From an uncultured bacterium (lineage in GTDB: Bacteria > Oederibacteriota > JAAXVQ01 > JAUVAV01): a DNA stretch of 64,000 nucleotides. The number at the start of each line of letters is the position of its first letter. The stretch's first letter is position 1. A program made the translations under genes and the position numbers. The notes beneath the pieces are model-generated. The model saw only the letters and a program-made list of their open reading frames with translations. It ran no database searches and had not been told where the DNA came from. Below, one piece after another: positions 16,985 to 27,700 of the stretch. The stretch is taken from assembly GCA_964630235.1 (NCBI GenBank), contig CAZVUO010000001.1, positions 254,588-318,587 on the forward strand, written 5' to 3'.

Positions 16985-18646
16985 ATGACTTACTCCGACA
17001 CTCCATTACAGCCGGGGTGGAGGCCGATTCACGGACTGGGATTGGCCGCCGGCGCCGGAATTCTGCAGGCCCTCTGTTTCCCCAATTTTCTTTATGCTGG
17101 ATATTCCCCCTGGCACAGCGTGCTGGCTTGGATAAGTTTCATACCATATATATATGTCTGGCGGCGTTGCCGCGCGGCCAGCGCTTTTGGGTACGGCTGG
17201 GTGATGGGATTCATCTATTTTACCGGCACGCTCACTTGGATCCGCCTGATCGGCCGCAACACCAACATTGACAATGCCGTTGCCTGGCTGTTTTTCGCTT
17301 TTTGCGGCGGGGTGTATTTCGGTCTCTTCGGCCTGTCAGCGCGGTGGGTGAAAGACCGTCTGCGCTGGCCGGATGCCGTCCTGCTACCCCTGTCATTCGT
17401 CGCCTGGGAATACCTGCGCGGTCATATTCTGACCGGCGGCTGGCCGTGGGGCAGTCTGGGCGCCACCCAATATGCCAGCTGGCCGGTTCGGCAATTGGCC
17501 TCCGTGGTTGGCGTCAGCGGCCTCTCTTTTTTGATTCTCGCGGGAAATGTCTGGCTCCTGGATGGCGGCCAAAGGCTCTGGCGCTTTCTGCGCCGGCGGG
17601 AGCCTCTCGTGCCGCGCGGGAGTTGGCGGGACGAATTGAAGCAGCGGCCTGCGGCAGCGGTCGCGGTCAGCGTACTGGCCCTGCTCTGGAGCGTCGCCGT
17701 GGCCATCGCGGTGATTGAAGCCGCGGCCTTCGCGCGCGTTCCCCGCGGCGAGGTGTCACTGGCGTTGTTGCAAGGCAATCTCAATACCCGCCAGCGGTGG
17801 GACCGCGTCTACCGCGAAGCGGCCATGGACCGCATGCGCGCGCTGCATCTGGAAGCTGCTGCCGGTCAGCCGGACCTGATCGTGTGGGCCGAATCCTGCT
17901 TTCCCGGCATCCTGGAGTACCCTCCCTTGCAGGAGTGGGAAGACCGCCTGCGCGCCTTGATCCGGGAGGCAGGCGTGCCCACGCTGCTCACCAGCAACGA
18001 GTACGCGCGCGAGCAAGACCTGGACAAACCCATGTCCTGGCACCATTACAACAGCGCCTTCTACTTCGGCGTTCAGGGACAGACCCTGGGCCGCTATCGC
18101 AAACTCCGCCTGGTGCCGTTCGGCGAATACATCCCGTACGCGTTCCTCAAGCGTTACCTGCAAACAGTGGTCCAACAGCCCATTCCGGTCGATTTCGAGC
18201 CGGGTGACGACTTTACGGTCTTCCCCTTGGGCGATTGGGGGTTCTCGGTATTGATTTGTTACGAGGACATGTTCGAAGAACTGGGGTACCAGCTGGCCAA
18301 GGCCGGCGCGGATTTCTTCCTGAGCGTCGCCAACAACAGCTGGTCCGGGCAATCGGAGATGAGTTACCAGCACAACGCCATGTCGGTCTTTCTGGCCGTT
18401 GAGCACCGCGCCTACATTGCCAAAGCCGACATGACCGGCCCCACGGTCGTGATCGATCCCTGGGGCCGAATCGGCGACGCCTCGCCGTTCTTCGTTCCGG
18501 CGGTCAAGCAGGAAACGATTTATCCAGCCAAATTCACAACTTTTTTCACGCGCTTCGGGAATGTTTTGCCTTTCGCCTTCACACTCTGGTTTTTCGGCCT
18601 CTGCGCCGCCTGTGTTCCGCGGCGCCGGCTTTCTTCCACAAAATAA
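16985..18646 (+). CDS. lnt: Apolipoprotein N-acyltransferase, copy 1.
   Basis: 553-aa ORF. It has an N-terminal polytopic membrane domain (WEYLRGHILTGGWPWGSLG) and a C-terminal CN-hydrolase domain with Glu/Lys/Cys triad contexts LIVWAESCF, YRKLRLVPFGEYIP and SVLICYED. Confidence 0.9.
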   Translation: MTYSDTPLQPGWRPIHGLGLAAGAGILQALCFPNFLYAGYSPWHSVLAWISFIPYIYVWRRCRAASAFGYGWVMGFIYFTGTLTWIRLIGRNTNIDNAVAWLFFAFCGGVYFGLFGLSARWVKDRLRWPDAVLLPLSFVAWEYLRGHILTGGWPWGSLGATQYASWPVRQLASVVGVSGLSFLILAGNVWLLDGGQRLWRFLRRREPLVPRGSWRDELKQRPAAAVAVSVLALLWSVAVAIAVIEAAAFARVPRGEVSLALLQGNLNTRQRWDRVYREAAMDRMRALHLEAAAGQPDLIVWAESCFPGILEYPPLQEWEDRLRALIREAGVPTLLTSNEYAREQDLDKPMSWHHYNSAFYFGVQGQTLGRYRKLRLVPFGEYIPYAFLKRYLQTVVQQPIPVDFEPGDDFTVFPLGDWGFSVLICYEDMFEELGYQLAKAGADFFLSVANNSWSGQSEMSYQHNAMSVFLAVEHRAYIAKADMTGPTVVIDPWGRIGDASPFFVPAVKQETIYPAKFTTFFTRFGNVLPFAFTLWFFGLCAACVPRRRLSSTK

Positions 18647-18650
18647 GAAA

Positions 18651-18678
18651 CCCGGCTTCCCGTTTCCGGGAAACCGGG
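18651..18678. terminator. GC-rich hairpin between the convergent lnt copy 1 and giant gene 2. It is a canonical intrinsic terminator when read on the minus strand.
   Basis: CCCGGCTTCCCG-TTTC-CGGGAAACCGGG forms an 11-bp stem with one mismatch. On the minus strand the hairpin is followed by TTTCTTATTTT. Confidence 0.6.
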
Positions 18679-18701
18679 CTCCTGTGTTCACTCCGTCCGT
18701 T

Positions 18702-21700
18702 CTAAGCCGCGCTGCCTGTGGTCTTCAGCTTGGGCTGTTTCTGGAGCGGCGTCACGTCCAGCTTAATGCCGATGCCCAGCCCTTCCAGCCGCTTGATGAT
18801 CCGGCCCAGCTTGTAGTCCTGGGTCAGCGCCCGCGGCACCACCTCGGGGGTCAGGGTCACGGCCAGCTCGTCCGCGTACCTTTTGTAGGTCAGACTGATG
18901 TTGAAGCCTAGGAAGCCCAGCACCTGGGCCAGGTCTTTGGTCAGCGCCAGTTTTTGATCCATGCTGGCATCCGATTCGGCCACGGTCAGCAGGTGTTCCA
19001 CCGTCGCCCGGATCGCCCGGTTCCGCATGGTCTCCGACACCATCTGCTCGGTGCCGGCGATCCTCAGCCCCTTGACCGCCTTGGTGAAATACGGATCCGA
19101 CAGCAGGGTGGGTAGCATGATCTTCCGGTAGGTCTCATAGCTGGTCCCATACTGCGCGGCGAAGCTCTTCCTCTGCTCGAACTCCCTGGTTCCCGAGAGC
19201 TGCGCGATCCGCCGCGCGTCCGCTTCCATCCGCGGGTTGGAAGACCCAAACGCGGCGTGCGCGATCTGCTCTTCCACCGCGGCAGACGGGTTCAGGTTGA
19301 ACGCGATGGCTCTGGCCCGCATCCAGGTGGCCGCGCCGGCCAGGGCCAGAATCACACCTGCCCCAATTGCCAGGGCGGGCAGCACGCCGCTGGAAAGACC
19401 GAAGACCAACCCCACGACCACTGCCATGGCGATCCCGGCTCCAACCATCTGCTGGGCCATACTGCGCACCGTGAGCAGCGGCCTCTCGGCCTGCCGCAGG
19501 CGGTCCTCGCCGGCGATCAGGCCCAGAAGTTGCTGCTGCACAGGGGTTTTCTGCAGTTTGCGGTACTCGGCGTAGGAGAGGCCGAACGTCGCCTCGAACG
19601 CCTCCTCCTGCAGCCGCCGCTCGTCCCCCGCCGGCAGGCGCTGGATGTCCACGGCTTTGGCTTTCATCAATCCGAAGCCCGTGTTCTCCAGCTCCCCGGC
19701 CGCTTCAGTCAGGTCCCGCAAATCCCGCTCGCCGTATTCGCGTCCCATAACCCCGCGCACCTGCTGGTAAATAGCACGCAACTTTTCGTCCTGGCTCGCC
19801 AGCGCCTTGAGGTTCTCGCCGTCGGCCACGAATTGACGGAGGAATTCCGTCAGTGCGTTGCTGCCAAATTCCTTGAACAGACGGTGCTGGCTCAAGGACT
19901 CGGTCAGTGAACGCGCGTGCGTATCGTCAAACAAACGCATGGACACCGCCTGCAGCGTTTGCTTCAGCAGGGTGTCGCTGAATTTCTGGTCCAAGAACTG
20001 TATAGATCCCCGATCCACCTTCAATCCCGCTTTATCGGAAACCGTGGGTTTGGCGGCGGTCTGGCCCAATTCCACCCGGTCCATGCTTTCCGTGGCCTTC
20101 GGCACCAGGCTCAGGATCGCGGCCAGCATGTGCATATAGCCGTAGTACCCGGCTGACTTGTCCGCGGCCAGCTCGATCTGGCGCTCGGCCAGCAGATCTT
20201 TCAGCTCGGCCACGGCCTTGGTGTCGTCCAGAGAGCCGGCCATGCGCCCTTTCCACTCCTCCACCAGCGTTCTGCCGGCCCGCACGGCCTGGCTCGCCAC
20301 TTCCGCCTCCCGGGCCTCGGGTTCGTTCACCACCACCCGCTGCTCCAGCGGCACCCGGACGCGCAGCACGTGCGGCACCACCTCGCTGTTGACCATGCCG
20401 ATCGCGCTGCCCACGCCCCCGGCCAGCCCTGCCACCAGGAAGGTCGGCAGCAGGCCCAGCGCCGCGCCGGCCACTTTGCCCAGAGAGGACCTGCCCGGCG
20501 TTTGCGCCTGCACGCGCTCCGCGTTCCCTCTGGCCAGTGCCAGAGGCCCTAGCTTCGTCAGCACGGGCGCCAGGACGGTTCCCAGCACCATGGTCCCCAT
20601 CATGGCGGCCAAGGGCAGACCGGCCAGGCTCATCGCCCCGACCAGGGCCGCGCCCAGCACCAGTTTGGTCGCCGTGGCGGGCACCAGCCAGCCGTTCTCC
20701 ACCTTGAAGAAGGCCACCAGCGCCGACGATCTTTCAATGGTTTGCAGCAGATTTTGCCATCCCCGGCCCATGGATACACCCAGCCGGTGCAAGGGGGTCT
20801 GCTGGCTCAGCTCGGCGCCGGCCATCTGCTTGATCGCGGCAGCCTGCGCGGCGATCTCCGTCCGGGCCAGGGTCTCGGCCGGCATGGCCTGCAGGGCCTT
20901 GAAGCTTTCGCCCGTGACCAGACCATAACGGCTGGCCAGGGACTGCGCGGCCGCCACGTTCTCCTGGATATAAGTCCTCGCCTGTTCCAGATTCATCGTG
21001 CGATCCTGATAGGTGATGGTTTTGGCTTCGTCGGCCGCCAGTTCCGGCAGATAGGCGCTAACGCGTTCCGCGTTCTGCAGGGCCTGGTAGTACTGGGTTT
21101 GGGCCTGAGCTGGCTGACGCCAGATCAAAGCGGCTTTTTGTATTGAGGTGCTGGCCTGATCATACGCCTGCAGGAAGGTGACATCGGGTCCAAAGGTCGC
21201 GGCCAGGGCTGGTTGTACCCAGTTATCCCCATATTGTTTAATATAGCCGGACACTTGCTCCGTGTGGACTTGACGCCAGGCCTCACTGTTGAAGTTGGCC
21301 TGCATTTCCCGCAGATTCATAACCGCCTGCTGGGTCAGCATGGACCTGGCGTCGAACTGCGACCACACCGGAATTTGGCGCAGGAAAGCGCTGCCCGCGT
21401 TCAGACCCGCCAGTTGGATCGGCTTCGAGACCTGGGGCAGCTGGTCCGTGGCGAACACGACACCGCTCCCGGCCGCAACGTTGTTCTGGCTGGGCATGAA
21501 CGCCAGGTTGTATTGCAGTAATTTAACAGCTTCCGTGTAGGTGGGCGCCATAGCGATCCGCGCCGTAGCCTGATCCACGCCCAGGTTAGAGGCCGCCATG
21601 GCCATTGCCGCGGTGTCATAGGATTTTATTTCGCCCAGGAAGCGGTGGCTTTCCTGCCAGGCCTGCTGGAAGGACTTGACCTCGGCCCGGCTGGGCACGC

Positions 21701-24700
21701 GGTTGTTCACCACCGCTTCCTGGATCGCGACCGCCTGGTTTTGCAGCTTGGCCGCCTCGATGCCGCCAGGATTCTGGGACAGCACATTTTCCATTAGGTG
21801 CAGGCCCACGGAGTACATCTGTTTATACTTCAGGGTCCCGCCTTGGGTGATATCGGCAAAACTGTAATTTTCCATGGCCACGGGGCTGGCTCGCACCACA
21901 CTGGAGGCCCGCGCGAGTTCATAGTAGTTCCCCATGCTTTGCAGGACGAGCCGGAACCCTCCCCGGAAGAAATTCTGCGGCAGGATGGATTGCATCAGCA
22001 CGCCGCGCCACACGCTCCGCGCCTGGCTCAAACTGCTCAGGAAAGTGCTCTGCACGTAATTCCGGTTGACGATTTGTGGATCCAGGGTGCTCTGGAGCTT
22101 CAGCGCCAGATCCACATTGCCGCTGTGGTCATTTAGAATTCGGCTGAGTTGCCCGTCCAGGATGCGTTGGACGATTTTGTTATCAAACCGCGGGTCCTGC
22201 ATCATGTTTTTCAGGGGCTCAATCACGATTTTGTCCTTGAAGGTGTCCTGCACGGCGAAGCGCGTGGAATTGCCCACCAGTTCGGACTGCCGGTATTCAC
22301 CGTTCAGTTTGAGGGCGAGACCGAGCTGGTGCTGTTGCGTCAAATCCAGCTTGGACAGATCGAGGGAGGATAAAATCTTGGTCAAGTTCCCGAGGTCTGC
22401 GCGGCCGTTGGCTGCGGCTTCCCGGCCCCACAAGGTGGTGACTTCGTTAGCACGCGCCGGGTTTTTCATGGTTTCCAAAGTCGCTTTCACCGCGCTCAAG
22501 TCCACCACCGCATACCGCTGGGTGGCCCAGGTGCCCTGAGGACCACCCGGCCTTCCGGAGCGGAGCAGGAGCTGGGTGAACATATCAGCCGTGAGGCGGT
22601 GCGCGCCCCGGGCCACCAGGGTCAGATCAGCCTGGAAATTCTTGCCCACCGCGGCCTGCTCGTTGAAAATGCAGACCTGCCCCCGGATCTTGCCGATGCT
22701 CTCCACGATGGTCTGAATACCGGCTTTGTCAATCTGCACGTAATCCAGGCCCCTGACCCTGCCATTGAAGGTCTCGGAGGGCATGATCCTGGCGCTCACG
22801 GGAGTGCTGCGGCCGCTGTTGAGCAGCTTGATGAATTCCGCGCCCATGTTCTTCGGCACGAAATAGCCCGCACTGCTGGCGCTGATTACGCTGACCGTGG
22901 GGATGCCGCTCACCTTGCCGGTCATGGCTTTTATATACTGCGATACAAGCTGCATCTGGGCCGTGGGGTCGGCTTCAAAGACCAGAGCGTTGCGCCTCAT
23001 CTCGATCACGGACTTCAGGACCACGGCGTCGGCCGCGGCGAGGTCGGTCAGGATCTTTCCGCCCGTGTTGTAGATATCGCGCTGCAGGTCCAGAAGCGAG
23101 GTGCTGAGGTGGCGGGACCCGGACCCCACCTTGCTCTTCATGAGGTTTTCCAGGCCCGCGATGGTACCCGAAGCGCCCACAATCTGCGCCCCGAAGTTGC
23201 CGGCATACATGGCCGAGAGCGAGGTCTGCATGGTGGTCTGGTTGACCCGCACCGCGGCGTAGGGATCCAGGCCGGCCTTGCGCGCGGCCACCACCTGGCC
23301 CACGATGTCATTGCTGATCTGGTCGAATTGGATTTTGCCCAGATGGTCCACCGGATAGATGTAGTCGCCCTTGACCGCATAGGCGTTGAGCTCCCCGGCC
23401 TTGCCTTGCTGGCTAAAGAGGGTTTTAATGGCCGACGACACGTCCGCACCCTTGAACGTCTTGAACGCCCGCTGCGCCGCGCTGTTTAAGAACACCCCCT
23501 GCTCCGTGATCACGATGGTCTTGGCGGCGCGGAGATTGAGTTCGGTCACGCGGGCATTGCTCAGGTCGTTGACGCGCACCACATCAAACTCACCCAGCCG
23601 GGCTTTACCGGTCTGGCGGAAGGTTTCCGCGATTTGCCGGAACCCAGCCTGGTCGAATTTCAGGGTCTTGAGAATCCCATCCACGGACTTGACCTGGGCC
23701 TCGGTAACCGCTGAAATCTTGCCGCCATGGATGGCATTGGTCTGGCTGGTGGTGGGCATATGCACCTCATCAATGCCCACCAGATTGGAGCGCTTCAGCG
23801 CCAGGTTCAGGTCCGCGTTACGGATGGCATCGTTGCGCAAATGAGCGCGCGTGGTATGGTCAAAGACCAGGGTCCTGCCGGGGTCGTTCAAGGCTTTGAT
23901 CAGTTCGCCGAAATTTCCGGTTTTTTTAGCCTGCGAGTAGAGTGTGTTGCCGTCTACCAATTCCATGCCCATGGCTTTGGCCAGATCCTGATGCGTCATC
24001 TTGGTCTTAAAGGCTTCGTTTAAATATTTATTAATGGCCGGACCATCGTCCACCAGCAGTTCGGCGCGCATGGACTGGCCTTTCAGGATATTCATCATTC
24101 CCGGGAAAAGAATGAAGGCCAGGGTTTTTCCGCCGCCGGCCCTCAAGCCCACGTTGTTGCCCTGCAGGAACTCGGCGATCATCATTTTTTGCGAGAGCCG
24201 CAGGTCCGAGTAGCCGGTCACCCGCTCCACGACCTGTTTCATGTAGCGTTCCACCAGGGTGATGTCCGCGGCTGAGCCCTTGACGAGCTTGCCATCGCTG
24301 ACCAGGCTTTCCCGCAACTTCATGAAAGCGTCAAAGAGCGCCTTGCCGCCCTGCCGGGTCAGGTCGGCTTTGGGAATTTGATCCAGAACCGACTTCAGCT
24401 GGCCGTCATATTGTTTCGCCAGGTTGTTGTATTCAGCCAGCCTGCCGTTTTTGGCCGCGTCGTTGTACACTTTCTCGTAATGCTCCTTCCAAGCCTGTTC
24501 GATGGTCTGCGTCAGGTCCGCGTTGCCCAAGGCCCGCTCGTAACGCTGCAAGTTCTGCACGTCACTGGCGTTGAGCTTCAGCTGCTGCAGCTTGGCCTGG
24601 TAGGAGGCCTCGGCCTGGCGGGCGTGGGTCCCCGCCTCGGTTACGGCCCGACCGCTGGCTTTGAGCTGGGTTTCGGAAGCCCCCTGGCGTTTGAGCAAAG

Positions 24701-27700
24701 TATGGTTGTTACGAAGTTCGATCTGCACGTCCCTCAACTTCAGCATGTTTTCGCGCAGGGTCAGCAGGTTGTTGACCTCCTGCTTCGCGGACTCGGCATC
24801 GAGCCGGTTGTTTTCCCGCACCTTGTTCTCCACCCGTTGTTTCAAATCCATGATCTGTTTAATGTCCTGCGCCCGGCCGATCTCGATCTGCTGGCTGGTC
24901 TCGGCTAGGCCTTTCCTCAGAAGAATGGTTTCGGGCAGCATGGAGGTGACCAGACCCTTGACTCCGCCGCGAGCCTGCCAGCGGGCCGCCAATTCGCCCA
25001 CCCCGCGGCTAGCCGCGGGTTTGATCTCAGCCAAGCGTTCCACCCGCGCCAGTCGGTTGGTTGCCGCCTCCAGAGCCCGGGCCGCGGAACGCTGGGCACG
25101 CAGGGACGTGGCCTCGTTGTACTTGACCACTGCCTGGCTATGGGCCTGTTTGGCCGTCAGGAGCTGATGGGTGCGCTGGAGCAAGGCCTTGACATTAGCC
25201 ACGGACCCCTGGGACAGTTGCTCGCTCAAGGCGAGGGGCTTGGCTGGGGTTTCCGCACCGGATGCGGTCTTGGCCTGGCCCTGAATCTCGGCGAGCGGCT
25301 GGCCGGCCTTGGCCTTGCGCAGGTTCAAGAGCATCTCGGCCGGGTTTTGGGATGTCAAAAGCTGCTGCAGTTCCTGTAATGATAAATTCCGGGACAACTC
25401 ACGGAAGGTTTGGTTCCGTGCGCGGCCGTCGCGCATGCCGCCGTCCCGCAGGGCCTGATCAAAACGTTCGCGCAGTAGGGATTCCAAACCCTTTGCGACA
25501 TCCTGGCTCGACCGTCCCTGCAGTTCAGCGACCTTGTTCAAGGTGCGTTGATTGGCCTGGTATTCGGCCTGGGCCCCCTGACGATTCAACAGCTTGCTGC
25601 TGCCGCCGCGCTGCAGGTCAAATATCGTATCCAGGGCCGTTTCCAATTGGCCGGGTGTTATCTTTCCGGAAATCGGCTGGACCTGGCCTTTCAAGCCCAA
25701 CCGCTCGGCCACCGCATTGTGCATCTCCTTGCCGAGGTTGATGCCGTTGTGCTCGGCCAATTGATTGAAGAATTTTTGCGCCTGCGCCTGCATGCCGTTC
25801 TTGGCCAGTGACTGCAGGCGTTTCATGCCCTTTTCTCCCTGGAAGAGTTGGCGTACCAATTCGATGGCCGGCGCCTTGCTGGTCATGGCATCCACAATGG
25901 CCTGCTTGAGCATGGCCCGGTCGCCCCTGCCCGCCATTTCTTTCAGCGCTCTGTTCAAATTCCGCTCCAGGGTTCCGCTCCCATCCTCTTTGAGCAGGAG
26001 GTCTTTAATCCTGGCCTGGGTTTCCTGATTCCTGGCTTTTGCCAGGCTTTCCTGGGCCTGTTTGAAGCTCTCCTCCGCTGCCGCCATGCGGCGCTGGACC
26101 AAGCCCTTATTCCGAAGCATGCTGCGCACATCGCCGTCCGAGGTCAGCTTCTCGATCTGCGCGTCCAGATCCGCCAGCTCCCGTTGCGCCCGGACAGCGT
26201 CCACCCTGGCGTCCACCTGCCGCAATTGCTGTTCCAAACGTTCGGCCCGGGCTTTCAGCTCGGCGCGCTGGGGCTTGTTCAGGGTTTTTCGGGCCAGGGC
26301 TTCGGTGGTCTGGGCCAGTTCGGCTCGCACATTCACGCCTTCCAGTTCGGCCTTGGCAATCATGGCTTCAGCCCGCAGGTTGCGGGCCTCGGCCTGGAGG
26401 GACTCCAATTTGCTATCCAAAGCCTTGCGCAGGTCTGCGTTGGCCTTGGTCTTGGCCAAATCTTTGATGGCTTGCCGGGTTTCGGCCATTTGTCCCCGGT
26501 TTTGCTGGGTCCGTGTCTGGGTGTCCTGAATTTTAGCCTCTGCTTTCAAGCGCGCCACCTCGGCCTCGGCCTGTAAGCGGCCAGGCTGCGTCGTCTGGGC
26601 GCTCGCTTTTTGCACGGCGAGTTGAACTCGTACTTCGGCCAAGGAGACGCCCAGGTTCTGGGCCAGGGCCTGCTGGGCTTTGGTGACTTCGCCTCTCAGC
26701 GCGGAAATCGAGCCGCGCGTGGCCTTGGGATTGTTCATTGCCTGCTGCAATTTCGCCTCGGCTTGTGCCACCCGGCTCTCTAAATTCCTGACCGCGGCGT
26801 CTTTTCCGCCCACAGTCCGGCTTTCCGCGCTCCGCGGCACACCTTGGCGCGTTTGCGGCCTCGCCTCGCTTTGCGGCGCTCGAGAAGATTCTGCCGCGGA
26901 CCGTTGCGCGGTCTCGGGCTTGGCAACCGCCGTCTCTCCCATGCCGGTCCGGTAGGCGCCTTCCATCGCCGGCCTGCCGATCACCGCTGAAGTCGTGAAC
27001 CTGGCCGTGGTTGTGCCGGTCAGAACAGTTTTTACCGTCTGCACAGCGCCTTTCACGAATTCGCTGGTGGCTTTAAACACCCGGGTGTTACGAATGTCCG
27101 CGGTCTTAGCCACCCCGGCCTTGGTGGTGTAGTGCACCCGTCCCTGCGCTAAATTAAGCATGGCTTTTCCCGCGTTCCGGAAAATATCAATCTGGTGGAT
27201 GAAGAAGGCCTTGGCAAAAGCCAGGGCAAAGGTGGCCGCGCGAGCGGCCATACTGGACATGACCTTGCCGGGCTGAATGGCCTTATTGAGCGTCTGGGTC
27301 GGGACTTGGCCCGAACCTCTGGCGGTTAAATCGCTGAGGCGGAACTGCCTGGATTGCAGGAGATTCGCGACCTTGGCTGCGCCGCCTGTTTGGCGCAGCA
27401 TGCTATTGAGCGTGCCGTGGTGATTCTGGAATTTAAGTTCCCCGAATTTCATATTATTGATATGCTGTCCCAGTTCCCGCGCCGTGAAACCCGGCTTATT
27501 CAGCGCCGCATCAATGACATCCCCAATCTTCTGTTTGGCTAATTCGCGGGGATTGGCCGCCTGCCGCTGGATATGCTCCGTGATCTTCTTGAACACCATG
27601 TCCTCGAAGAACCGCTGGGCCTTGGCCCACATAGAGCGCATCATCTGGAAAGCAAAGACCACGCCGATCACGCCGCCCGCGATCACGGACACGTTCTCCA

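Noticed and set aside
17017-18911. ORFs overlapping lnt copy 1 (17756..18691 minus, 311 aa, and several plus-strand alternative frames). Likewise 43558..45069 plus (503 aa) opposite lnt copy 2.
   Set aside because: They are antisense or alternative frames of genes with strong lnt motif support, and their composition is biased.
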